A DNA stretch of 37,212 nucleotides from Chiloscyllium plagiosum (GCF_004010195.1 NC_057719.1:40200323-40237534), one strand, 5' to 3'. Counted from the stretch's first letter, positions 23,601-35,384 are shown. Program-made: numbers and translations. Notes: generated by a model from the letters alone, not told the origin.

Positions 23601-24875
23601 TTATAGGCCAATTGGCCTAAACTCGGTTGTAGGTAAAATTCTAGAATCCATTGTTAAGGGTAAAATTTCTAAATTCTTGGAAGTGCAGGGTGGGGTTAGA
23701 ACAAGTCAGCATGGATTTAGCAAGGGGAGGTCATGCCTGACAAACCTGTTAGAATTATTTGAAGAGGTAACACATAGGTTAGATCAGGGAAACCCAGTGG
23801 ATGTCATATACCTAGACTTTGATAAGGTGCCTCACTGCTGAGTAAGTGAGAGCCCATGGTATTCGAGGTGAGCTAATGACATGGATTGGGGATTGGCCAT
23901 TTGACAGAAGGCAGAGAGTTGGGATAAAAGGTTCATTTTCAGAATGGCAGCCAGTAACAAGTGGGGTACTGCAGCTGTTCACTTTATATATTAATGATTT
24001 GGATGAAGGGACTGGGGGCACTCTGGCGAGGTTTGCCAATGATACCAAGTTAGGTGGACAGGCAGGTAGTACTGAGGAGGTGGGGAGGCTTCAGAAAGAT
24101 TTAGACAGTTTATGAGAGTGGTCCAGGAAGTGGCTGATGAAATTCAGCGTGAGCAAATGCGAGGTCTTGCACTTTGGAAAAAAGAGTACTGAAAGAATAA
24201 TGAAATAGATGAATAACTTAATAAGTACTTTGTGTCAGTCTTCACAGTGGAAGACATGAATAATATCTTAACAATTAAGGAGAGTCGGGGGCAGAATATG
24301 GTAGCCATTACAAAAGAGAAAGTGCCAGAAAAGCTAAAAGGTCTAAAAATCGATAAATCTCCTATTTTCTAAATGGTGAGAAAATTCATAAAGCCAAAGT
24401 GCAAAGGGATCTGGGAGTGCTAGTCCAGGATTCTCTAAAGGTTGATTTGCAGGTTGAGTCTGTGATTAAGAAAGCAAATGTAATGTTGTCATTTATCTCA
24501 AAAGGGTTGGAATATTAAAGCAGCAATGTGCTTCTGAGACTTTATAAAGCTCTAGTTCGGCCTCATTTCGAATACTGTGTCCAGTTTTGGGCCCCACACC
24601 TCAGGAAGGACATACTGGCACTGGAGTGTGTCCAGCGGAGAGTCACACGGATGAACCCTGGAATGATAGGCCTAACGTATGATGATCGGCTGAGGATTCT
24701 GGGATTGTATTCATTAGAATTTAGAAGGTTGAGGGGAGATCAAATAGAAATTTACAAGATAATGCATGGCTTAGAAAGGGTGGATGCTGGGAAGTTGTTT
24801 CCGTTAGGCAGGGAGACTAAGACCCATGGGCACAGCCTTAAAATTAGAGGAGGGTCAATTTAGAATGGAAATGGA
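20697..24875 (+). mobile_element. Long CR1 LINE: ORF1 esterase C-terminus, ORF2 AP-endonuclease and RT; internally duplicated, 3' end missing
   Basis: ORF1 (IGKARKEDLFGDY..KVNMWLRDWCGKEGFHFLGHW); APE in 21298-22311 (YLNACSI.NK, GITEMW, YRPP, MGDFN, LDLVL); RT in 23314-24115 (SPGPDGLHPRVL, FANDTK) and 24528-24863. Confidence 0.95.
20939..21253 (-). mobile_element. HE1-type V-SINE, young full-length copy inserted at the end of CR1 ORF1
   Basis: Minus strand gggcggcacggtggcacagtggttagcactgctgcctcacagcgcc...gggttcacttccc; CpGs retained; tail ..gtaatctaatcta. Confidence 0.93.
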
Positions 24876-24878
24876 AAG

Positions 24879-25002
24879 GAAGAAGGGCTTATGCCCGAAA
24901 TGTCGATTCTCCTGCTCCTCGGATGCTGCCTGGCTTGCTGCGCTTTTCCAGCTCCGCACTTTTCAACTCTGGTCTCCAGCATCTGCAGTCCTCACTTTCT
25001 CC
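24879..25002 (+). mobile_element. Penelope-like terminal repeat, single arm
   Basis: gaagaagggcttatgcccgaaatgtcgattctcctgctcc...ccagcatctgcagtcctcactttctcc closely matches 14393-14507. Confidence 0.85.
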
Positions 25003-25438
25003 CAGCATCTTGTGACAAGGCAGGTTTGCCAGCCACATCTCAGAAATGCTGCACAGATTCAGTAGGAAACCTTTGGTGGGGTCAGCATGAGAAGTCTCAG
25101 ATGATTGCATGTCAGCAATTAGATGTGATATAGCCATGCAGATTTTATGGCCAAAATGTATCATAGCGTTTTAGATTAAGTTGGTATCATAGCATCCCAA
25201 TGGTCAAATCAATTATTATCATCTTTCAATGTAATATTTAGAATTTTTGTGCTGTTTTATTCATCCTGAAAGCTTAAAGTGTCTGATCTATGATGTGAAA
25301 TTTAACTATGGGATTTATTGTGCAGTAAAATTAGTCATCGGTTCTATTCCTGATAATCTAACCTGCTGTTAGTAGATTCTTTCAATAGACTATTCTAACT
25401 TGTCTACTGCTTCTAAACTCTACTTTTCTTTCCCTCAG

Positions 25439-25564
25439 CAAAACTACCAACAGTACATTGGCTTTGTGATCCTTCATGGCACAGACACAATGGCTTACAC
25501 AGCTTCAGCCCTTTCATTCATGTGTGAGAACCAAGGAAAGCCCATCATCTTGACTACCTCTCAG
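25439..25564 (+). CDS. ASPG: ASPG-like coding exon 4 (126 bp) with the HGTDT active-site motif
   Basis: ttttctttccctcAG acceptor; encodes [42 protein letters not shown]; donor GTAATG at 25565; phases 0/0. Confidence 0.97.
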
Positions 25565-25735
25565 GTAATGGTTGCATTGGTTTAGAGTCTATCTACAGTT
25601 CCATATTTGCAACAAAGAGGATTTAATGTGTGACACCATGAATAGGATATTGTGTAACTATGGCATGTGTACATGCATAATTATGTAAATAATCAGTAAA
25701 ACAATCATAATTAATTTTCTTTATAATATTGCTGG

Positions 25736-26035
25736 TATGATAGAATTATGGAGTGGTTACAAAACAGAAAGAAGATTGTCTTGTCTGTACTGGCTATCTT
25801 TAAGAAGAACTCAGCTAGTTGCACTCCTTCACCCTTTCCCCAAAGAGCTGGAAATTTCTTCTGATGTTTATCCAGTTCCTTTTTTAAAAGCCATGATGAA
25901 ATTTGCCTCTAGCAAACTTAGGCCAGTGTATTCCAGATCCTAATTGTTAAATCCACAAAACAAGCTTCTCCTCATAGTTCTCATCCAATTTGCCTTAAAG
26001 TGATGTTCTTTGGTCTTGACCCTCCCACAAATGAT
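25736..26035 (-). mobile_element. Old CR1 3' end
   Basis: Minus strand ggatctggaatacactggcc (IWNTL), tttaaaaaaggaactggataaac (FKKELDK) and a CR1-like UTR. Confidence 0.6.
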
Positions 26036-26039
26036 GACC

Positions 26040-26222
26040 AAACATAGGCTGATGGGACGTTAATTGGCTAGGTTAGATTTTTCCTGATTTTTGTGTAAAG
26101 GACATACCTGAGCAATTTTCCACATTGTCGGGTAGTGCCAATGTGGCAAGTTCTAGAGTACAAGTCTTCAGTGCTATAGCTGGAATAGTGGCAGGGCCCA
26201 AAGCCTTTGCCATATCCAGTGC
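26040..26222 (-). mobile_element. Second LINE family, RT N-terminal fragment
   Basis: Minus strand approximates KALGPATIPAIALKTCTLELA / MWKIAQVCPLHKNQEKSNLAN*RPISL. Confidence 0.7.
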
Positions 26223-26229
26223 AAAATAG

Positions 26230-26413
26230 ATTTCCAGTGCATTCAAAAAAGAGAAGGGTAAATGTTTTCATTTTAAGGGCATCGAAAGGTATGGAGAGAA
26301 ATAAGAAATATGGCATTGAGATATAGGATCAGCTATTCTCATATTAAATAGTGGAACAGGTTCAAAGAGCTGAATGGCCTACTCCTCCTCTTAGGTTATA
26401 TGTTTCCATGATT
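26230..26413 (+). mobile_element. CR1 3' end fragment
   Basis: aagggcatcgaaaggtatggagag...gatcagc...gctgaatggcctactcct. Confidence 0.65.
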
Positions 26414-27649
26414 CTGTCGTGCCAAAGATATGAGGATCAGGCAAAACTGCAAGAAAATGAAAATTACAGTGGAGGACTGGGATTTATGAAGTGCACAGGA
26501 TGGGTATCGTGGCATGTGGAGTCAATAGACTAGAAGAAATGTTTCAATTTCCTCATGGTGGATTGAGATGCAAAGGTAAATTCTGTGGTGTGTTTGTGAC
26601 ATGTTGAGCATAATGCTGGCTCATTGTGGTTCCTACTTCTAACATATTTGCATACTGTTGTCATGCAACTTGACAAACTACCATTCCTGATCTGGAATTG
26701 TAGTTCAGGTAAATTTAGATGGCTGTGGTCAGATCCCAAATAACTTCACACTGAACACTATTCAGTAGTTCATGTGAAAAGACTCTTGTGGATGTTGTAT
26801 TAAGGACTCTACATTCTTGAGGCATGTCAATCAAACAGGAGAGCCTCATCCCATTACAAGTTTCCAGAAGCTCAGTAGTCTATGTTGAATTTGCAAAGGT
26901 CATCAAACTCGTTTTGCAGCTCATCAGTAAGTTTAAAAAAAAGTTTTAAAATTTGTAGTTTTTCATACCTGTCCTGTCATGATGCAATCTTTCCAAATAA
27001 CAAGATATAAAATGAGCACAGGAGGAACTTAGTTATCGAAGAAAATTAAAATTATTGGATCATTTAAATTAATGACATGGTATTTTTAAACATAAGGACT
27101 TTGACAAAGAAATATGCGCTGTAGTTGCTTAAGTTAAAGAGATCCTCTTTATGTTTGTAAATGTAGTGAACAACCTCCTAACTGGTAACTACTCTTACCA
27201 CTTTATCTCTCCATTTACAATATGTAAGTACCACTGAATGTACCTCACATCTACTGATGCACTGCCACCAAAAGTGAAGTCAACCATTCCAAATCATCAC
27301 TTGGTTAGACAGATTGATTTTTTTTGCAGGGTTAGATTTCACCAATTTGCAAGCTTAACCAGATGCCCTGGGCATTTGTGGTACAACTAGGTACCTTACA
27401 GAAACCAACGTCTGATCTTCAATTCTTAATCGGAAAAACAGACTGAACTGGTAGCAACTCTGATATTTTTAATTTCACAGTGGCCAGATCGTAATGAATG
27501 TAAGCAAAAAATGGAAAGGAGAAAAGCTTTAGTCAAATAAAAATAAATAAGTATAAAAATATATCATTAATAAACAGACTTTTTAAAATTTTAAACTGAT
27601 TTTCATAAATGACTTTTTCTCTCTCATTATCCACTCCAAAACTTTTCAA

Positions 27650-28001
27650 ACTGGGGATTCTCTTCCTGCTGCTAAAATTGCATGTGAGACAATCTATTTT
27701 ACTGAAGTTTTCTTTGCCAAGGATGTGTTTATGGGATGTTGCTACACAGTTACTATTTAATTGCTGAATAATCTATTATACTGTAAAGTTTTCCAGCAGA
27801 CTCAAGTTATTCCAATTGCTTGTTTCTTTTGTTATCTTTTAACTGTAGTGAATAAAGTACACTTTGCTTCAAGTCTGGTAGTTTGACCATTCGAATTACA
27901 TCCAGAACACAATGTCTTGCACTTTCCTTTAAAATAGGAAAAAGGTCAGGTCCAACTATCTTCTTGATATTTTTTGAGGGGATTTAGTTTGGTTCATAGC
28001 A
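27650..28001 (+). mobile_element. Partial 5' LTR of a Gypsy element
   Basis: AATAAA near 27851, ends ..ggttcatagCA, lies directly upstream of gag, and resembles the inverted LTR piece at 32182-32307. The 5' boundary is uncertain. Confidence 0.55.
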
Positions 28002-31000
28002 AAACAGGTGTTCTTGTTGGGCTCAACATCTCTAATTTTAGGTTGGGTTTCCAATTATTGGATTCAAAGGCAGTGAATGGTGAGTGTTGGTGTCTTTTAT
28101 TTTGGGTGTTGCATTTGGTTGGTTTAAACCTTGTGTAGTAATGGCTTATTCAGTCACTGAAGTTTCCTGGGGTGTAAGAAATCACTTTAGGTGTTTTACT
28201 GCAAGTGGCAAGGCAAAGCTTTTGGAATTGGCAGACAAGCCAGAGTTGGGGGTTGCCTGTGTCTGCGAGGAAAGGGGAAATAATTGTGGCAATCGCCCAG
28301 CAATTACAATTGCCAGGAATGCCATTCAGAATCTTTGTAAATGGCTAAAATTCAATTGAAAATGAAGCAGCTTGAGTTAGAGGCAAAAGTAAAAGGAAGC
28401 GAAAAGGAAATCAAACAGTTTGATTTATGATTAAAAGCAGAACACAAAAAAAAGGAATGGAAGACCCGAGCAGAAGAAAGGGAAAATGAGAGAGAAGAAA
28501 GGGAGAGCTTTTGGAAACTTCAGAGGTTGGAACTGAAAACTCAAAGTCAACTTAAAATGAAACGGTAGAGGTGAAAATTAAAAGTAGTGAGGGAGACATT
28601 GATGGAGAGTAATCCCGTCATAGCCAAAGGCTTGGTGGGGCTCTGTTAAATACATCCAAACGTTGCTTAAGTTCGATGAGAGGGATGTGGAAATCTTTTC
28701 ATTTCATTTGAAAAGGTAGCTAAACAAGTGAAATGGCTGGTGACCATGTAGGTATTGTTGATCCAAACAAAGATGGTACGTAGAGCTGATGAGATATTTA
28801 AATCACTGACACAGGATTTCTGGGGAGTATGACGACATGAAAAAGTCCATCTTAAGTGCAAGTGAGTTAGTACCAAAAGCCTACAGACAATGTTTTAGGA
28901 ATCTAAGGAGGGAATCTGATCAAACGTACATAGTGTGTGAAAGAATCAAACAAAGTAAGTTTGATAGGTGGCTAAGAGCATTGAAAATATGTCAAACATA
29001 TGGACCTTTTTGAAAACTGATTATTTTGGAGGAGTTTAAAACTTTACTTCCTGAAGTAGTGAGAACCGTGGAAGAGCAGAGAGTTAAGACTGCAAGATTA
29101 GCAGTGGAAGTGGCAGATAATTATGAGTTGATTCGAGATTTGACTTCTGATATTACTTTCAATCTGTGAGGAATAGAAATTAGTAGAGGAGAAATCCTCA
29201 AGTAATAAAGTATAGGGGAATCAACAATTAAAAATATCCATTTTAAATCTCCATCTTGTAATAACTTGTCTTGTAAGTTTAAAATGGCTACTGCATTTAC
29301 AGTGACCATTGAATGAATTAGGAATGTAAGAATCTTGGCATAGCCTTGCAGCTGTTCTTTCTCACAGAACTTAAAATGAATAAAATACTGATAACCGTTA
29401 AGCTTTATCTGCTCTGACACAAGAGAAAGGCACCAGATGTAGAAACATGTTAAATCTATACTGTGTTTGATCTATGAGAATAAGACTAAAATGTATTGCT
29501 AATTATGAGAACTTAATTACAGAAAGAAACATTATACGATGTAGGAAAGAGAACATGTGAGATTGTTACGCAAATAAGCGCTATAAAATATGCTGCCTTC
29601 TTGCTAAAAATCAGAGATCTCTTAGTAGTCCATCCAGAGACATCTTGATTGATACACTGGATGATAGATTATTGATCTCTCAGCCGGCTTGATAACAATA
29701 AAAGAGTGCTATTTTGCAATCTATGAATGGTCTGAAAATTTCTATGTTTACACAAGTGGTAAGAGAAAAGGAGAACTCACTGAAGATAGTCAAGATAGCC
29801 GACCATAGGGTGAAAAGGAAACCCATGAGGGGGAAAGAGAAGTAAAAAAAGCTCAGGTGTTTCCACTGTAATAAAGTATACCACGTGAAGTCTCAGTGTT
29901 GTTGGTTTAGAAAAACCACTGGGAAGATGGATGGGAGAAGAAAAAAGATAAGCCAGTGAGTTTGTTGAAGTGGTAAAGGAAAAGACAATGGAAGCTAAAA
30001 AAGCTGCCAACGAATGTACAACCTGATCAGGGTCTGGTTGAGAAGGAAGTGCCTGATCTCTTTAAAGAATTTATGTAAATGGGTAAGGTTTATCCACATA
30101 TGCCAGGAGGAGCAGGTTTGATTCAGAATTACATTTGCACCTTAAACTGTTTAACTTATAACATAGCAAATTCTAAATGATTCAATTAAGTTAGAATGAA
30201 ATAGAAATTGTAATAGGGCATCCAGTACTTTCAGCCTATTCCCCTACAAAACAAGAACATGATCATCCACATCAAATTTATCTTCTCACACCATCTCCAT
30301 CCCTCTTAATTCCTTAGACATCCAAGACAGCTATTAATCTTGAACTGTCTTGCATAATACATACAAAATTAAAAGGTGAAAGGTGGGAAAATACAATGGA
30401 TTTGGGGAAAAATGTTATCAGCCAGCTGGTAAAGAAATTAAGATTTTAAAAGATAGTTGAGCAAGTCAGTCTTTGGTGAGACGTGAGGAGGTATGTAATT
30501 CAGAAGGAGTATTGCCAGAAAGGTGGTAATATTTGGAATTCATGGTGAGAAGTACAGTGTACCATTATATAAAGTGAGGTTGGAGAGGCCAGTGAAAGGT
30601 GGTGAAGTGGTGGTAACAACAATAGAAAAGTCCTTAGTTCCAGAAATATTGTTTATTCTTGATGTACACAACTGAGAGTGATGCCCACTGTGGTTGAAAA
30701 GCCAATGGAAAATCATATTACCGAGGTGACATATGAAGTACATCCTGGGATTTTCCTTATTGTGTGGTAACAAGGTCGCAAAGCCACAGGTTGAAATAGG
30801 AGGAGAAATTAACAAGTTCCGTTATCAGTAACATTTTAATCAAATGGTTGAAAAAACAAAGAACAGGTGGAGGAAAAAATTGATACTTTTAGTTTAGAGA
30901 AAATAGCAGCATTACAATGGAAAGATGAAAACTAAAGCAGTTGTATCAAAATCCTACACAGAAGAAGAATCTGAGTGTATCCCAGAAAGTTACGATCTTA

Positions 31001-32025
31001 AAAATGACACCTTGAAACACACTCAGATGGATGAGAAATGGGCAGAGGTTCATCAAGTTGTAATACTGGTCGGTTACAGAAAGATGGTATTGCAGGGAGA
31101 ACATGACTTAACAGTAGCAGTTCATTTAGGAGTAAAGAAAGCTCAAGCCAAAATACAGAAACATTTCTTTTGGCTTGCACTGCATAAGGATATGGTTCAA
31201 TTTTGCCCATTGTCTCATATGTATGGGGTAACTGAAAAACCTCAGGCAGTGATAAAATGTATTCCGTAATATCCATGCCTGCATTTGAGGAATCTTTTAT
31301 AAGAGTCTTAATTGAAACAAGAAGTGGGAATCACTGCTTGCTGAACATAATTGATGTCTCTACTAGATTTCTAGAGGCCATCTCACTATGTAGTATCACG
31401 GCTAAAAGGATTGCAGAAGAGTTACTCAAATTTGTTTTACTAGATATGGACCACTCACATACAACAGATCAAGGGTCAAATTTTACATCAAAATTATTCT
31501 AGGAAGTAATGGGTATCATAGGAATAAAACAATTACAATCCACTTCGTCCCTTCCAGAATCACAGGGAACATTAGAACGGTGGAATCAAACCTTAAAGAC
31601 CATGTTGAGGACTTGTAGTTGACTATCCAGATAATTAGGATAAAGGAATTCCATTCATAAAGTTTTGTAATTAGGATTGCAACTATTAATCAATCAAATT
31701 CAGTCCATTTGAATTTCAGGAATAAGGAGAGAGGACCACTGAAATTAATTAAGGAGAAATTGGTGAGAGTTCAATGGTTGCACATTTGGACTATGTGTCA
31801 AATTTTAGGGAAAGATTAAGTAGATTGGGTGTGTTGGCTAGACAACATTAAAAAGTGTCACGGCATATAATGAACCAGTAAGCAGACAAGAAATCAAAAA
31901 TTCGATAGTGGAGATAAAGTGTTAGCATTTCTACCAGTGGTAGGTGAACCTTTAAAAGCAAGGTGTAGTGAGTCTTATGAAATTGAAAGGAAATTGAATG
32001 AGGTGAACTATTTGATAAGAACGCC
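28002..32025 (+). mobile_element. Degenerate Gmr1-type Gypsy internal region: gag, protease, integrase (RT/RNase H absent)
   Basis: gag from about 28141 (KAKLLELADK, KFDERDVE, FISFEKVAKQ, EEQRVKTARLA); CCHC knuckle CFHCNKVYHVKSQC at 29858-29899; protease ILKDS*ASQS at 30431-30472; integrase HLGVKK..QKHFFW, IIDVSTRF, TDQGSNFTS, PESQG.LER; GPY/F-like end. Confidence 0.88.
29204..29752 (+). mobile_element. Probable solo LTR inserted in Gypsy gag
   Basis: About 550 bp of non-coding DNA interrupting gag; CAAGT direct repeat at 29199-29203 and 29753-29757; TATAAAA at 29582; AATAAA at 29697. The 5' TG is not intact. Confidence 0.6.
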
Positions 32026-32189
32026 TGTGGAGATACCATAAGATTTGTAGATATTGGGACAGTGTAGCGAATGCCTTGGCGAAGATTTCGGGAACGGAGA
32101 TTGGACCTAGTGTCTCTCCTTTTGGGCTTTCCAAATTTTCCTTCTCTCATTGCATACGGGAAGAAATTATTTACTATCCTTTGCTTTTG
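32026..32189 (+). mobile_element. Inverted fragment of L1-clade ORF2 C-terminus
   Basis: WRYHKICRYWDSVANALAKI / LDLVSLLLGFPNFPSLIAYGKKLFTIL; 32134-32189 is an inverted copy of 32886-32941. Confidence 0.8.
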
Positions 32190-32307
32190 GACTAGGCAAG
32201 ACCCCTCAAAATGTTTTAAGAAGGTAGCCCAAACCCTAACTTGTTTTATAAGCAGATGTAAAATGGTTATTCCAGGAGTGTTGCAGCTGGTCAACACATT
32301 CAGCTTG
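32182..32307 (-). mobile_element. 3' end of a Gypsy-type LTR, inverted
   Basis: Minus strand ..ctaccttcttaaaacattttgaggggtcttgcctagtccaaaagCA resembles ctatcttcttgatattttttgaggggatttagtttggttcatagCA at about 27955-28001. Confidence 0.55.
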
Positions 32308-34668
32308 TTTTTTGTAAATATTTTTATTGAAAAGAAAAAAATTTGAGTTTTTTTTAACAAAATTACAAAATTAATACAAAATAGTGTGTCCACTTTACAA
32401 TATAATAACAGCACCAATATTAAAATAAGAAAACTAACTACTAGTCTATTCTACAAACCACCAAAACCCAAAATACGATGTAAAAAAGAAAACTCTATGT
32501 ATAAAAAAGACCACAGTGTTGTACATTATTGACAATAAAAAAGGAAAAAAAAGGGTAAATAAATAAATAAATAAATACACATTCAAAATAAAATTATATC
32601 AAGTCACAGCAAAACCCGTATTTATATGGGATCCTTCCTCCCAGGAGCCCCCCGAACCAACAAACATCATCCTCACGGCTAAACAAAGGCCATAAACAGT
32701 ATGGCAGATTCATCTGCATTAGTGTTGTTCAAAAAGGGCTGCCATATTCTGCAAAATAATTCCGTTTTTTGGTGCACCACATTCGTAAGGAAGTCCAGGG
32801 TAATACATTCCATAACAATCCTTTGCCAATTCGAAAGTCCCAGGGGGGCTTTCCGATACCCAACTTATTAAAATATTTTTCCTCACAAAAGGAAAGGATA
32901 GTAAATAATTTCTTCCCGTATGCATCGAGAGAAGGAAAATTACAGATAGAGATCTTCCTAGTATTTTCCCAGGTATCCTCCCACATCTCTAAAGAGGTTC
33001 CCTAATTCTTGATTCCAGGTTTTATATAACTGTTCCATGTCTTTCGATGCGTTATTACCTAGCGAGTGGTAGAGAGTACTGAGTGCACCCATCACTCTCC
33101 TTTCCATATCTGATTTGTATGGATTAGTCATCAATGTGGTCATTTTTTGTATGAAATCTTGTACTTGAAAATATCAAAAAGGTCATTGTTAGGCAACCCA
33201 AACTTCTGACACAACTGTTCGAAGGACATTGTGACCTCCCCATTGAACACATCTCCCAAACAGGACATGCCTCTGGACTCCCAAATTCTAAATCCAGCGT
33301 CAGTCAAGCTGGCTGAAATCCCAAAGTTCCCACTATAGGAATAGAAGAAGAGGTTTTTTGTGTATCACTCTGTTGCTCCATCCTCCAAGCTTTGATTGTA
33401 TTTAATACAATTGGGTATTTACAATGATCCTTAATAACTCTCATCTTATCCATAAATAATACTTTCATGAGGGGACATTTTGCTTGGGAAGCCTCAATAT
33501 CCAACCAAATTGATTGTGGGTCACAAGAGACCCAATCAGCCATATATTACAACAGAGAACTCAGTTGGTACTTCCTGAAACCTGGAAAATCCAGACCTCT
33601 TCTTATTTGTGGGAGCTGGAACTTATCTAATTTAATAAGGAGCCATCTATGATTCCAAATAAAGGAGCCAAGCCAGCCATAAAGCCTACACAACATCAAA
33701 GGAAGCATTCTCATGGGGTATAGTAGGCGAGGTAGAATATTCATCTTGACTAAAGCTATTCTTCCTAGCCAGGATATCAGGAGATCTTCCCAGTATTGGA
33801 GGTCCTGCCTTAATTTCTCTAATAAATGTGTTTAATTAGCTTTATATAGCTGACCAAATACCAGGGTAATAAAAATAGCTAAATAGAGAAAACCTCCCAG
33901 TGACCGCCGAAAGGGGAAACAGGATCCATCTGGAAAATTGGATATGCTAGTAAGACCTCCTAGTGGCATGGCCTCTGATTTCATAAAGTTAATTCTGCAA
34001 CCTGAGAACATATCAAATAAGTTAACCACTTGAATTAAGTGGTGCACAGATATCGATGGGTCATTTAAGAACGTCGTCCGCATAAAGAGCGATTTTATGC
34101 TTACCTGATCTTACCTCCAGGCCGTTATATTAGGGTCAGTTTGGATAGCTTCTGCCAGAGTCTCAATCACTAGTGTAAATAGTAGTGGTGAGAGAGGACA
34201 TCCTTGACAACAACCTCTGCCAACACTAAAGCTATCCGACCTTATGCCATTGGTGATCATTGCTGCTTTAGGGTCGTTACATAATACAGCTACCCACTTG
34301 GTAAAGACCTCTCCAATGCCAAACCATTCCATTTTATAAAAAAGATAAGACCCAATCAAATGCCTTCTCTGCATCTGGGAAGATGACTAATCTGGTATCA
34401 CTCCCTGATGGCAAGCTTGTACCATGTTTAACACTCTTCTCTTTTATAATAAATGGCAAAACTCTCTCCAGTCTTAATGTCAACATTTTTGACAGGATTT
34501 TAAAGTTCACATTCAATAAGTATATAGGTCTGTATGAAGTACACTTGTCCGGGGCTTTTTCCTTTCTTAAGAATGACAGAGATATTTGCTTCTCTCAGAG
34601 AGGGGCAGGAGGCTACCCTGAGTATATGAATAGTTATACATATCTGTAAGTGGTCCGGCCAATTCATC
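32308..34668 (-). mobile_element. L1-clade LINE: RT, C-terminal domain, T-rich 3'UTR, polyA signal
   Basis: SYRPIYLLNVNFKILSK, DAEKAFD, RGCCQGCPLSPLLF, LYADDV (about 34072-34087), MNILPRLLY; stop at 32679-32681; AATAAA (minus) at 32323-32328 followed by an A-rich tail. Confidence 0.92.
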
Positions 34669-34821
34669 TATGACCAGTGGAGTGCCACAAGGATTGGTGC
34701 TGGGTCCTCTACTTTTTGTCATTTATATAAATGATTTGGATACGAGAGTAAGAGGTATAGTTAGTAAGTTTGCAGATGACACCAAAATTGGAGGTATAGT
34801 GGACAGCGAAGAGGGTTACCT
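34669..34821 (+). mobile_element. CR1 RT core fragment (same subfamily as 16097-17640)
   Basis: [44 protein letters not shown]. Confidence 0.92.
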
Positions 34822-35373
34822 TGAAGATCTGCGTCCCCTCAAGAGGGGTCTCTTGGTTCGAGATCTGTCAAAGGAATCGACAAATGCGGTCTATTCAAAA
34901 AGCAAGGGTCATTAGTTTATTGAATTAAGGTACCTTGACACAATTCTATCCAGCAACACAGAGATTGAAGCTTCTGTGTTCCGTGATGAAGTTGCGCAAT
35001 GACATTTGAAAATTACACATTATTTACATGTTTTTAAAGAAATAGTACAGCCTTAATTACAAGAAAGACCAATCACATATAATAAGGTGACATGATTTAC
35101 AGCAAGTTATTCCAATGATTGAAGACAAGCTAATCCAATGCTAAAAGATATCTTATTGTACTGGTTCAAGGTTCGTTCAAATGGTCAATTAACTTGTCAA
35201 TATTCAGCTTTTGAAAACTCTCTTGTCTTCTTATCTATGAACTGCAACTTAATTCTGCAAATCAGCCGTATGATTCACAGGTCATTTTATAGTATTCTTT
35301 TAAATCGAGAAACCGTTTTGTGATAATAAAAATCTACATATTTTGTTGCCTAAGTTCAAATTTTAGATCCTCA
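34822..35373 (-). mobile_element. Endogenous retrovirus 3' LTR (552 bp)
   Basis: Minus strand begins TGAGGATCT and ends AGATCTTCA (8/9 terminal inverted repeat); AATAAA at 34916-34921; several CCAAT/ATTGG motifs; preceded by a polypurine tract and env. Confidence 0.85.
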
Positions 35374-35384
35374 TTCCCCTCTTT
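35374..35384 (-). other. Polypurine tract of the ERV
   Basis: AAAGAGGGGAA directly before the LTR TG on the minus strand. Confidence 0.85.

Noticed and set aside
26420..26800. Possible decayed integrase-like fragment
   Set aside because: Only scattered two- to three-residue hints; unsupported without an HMM search.
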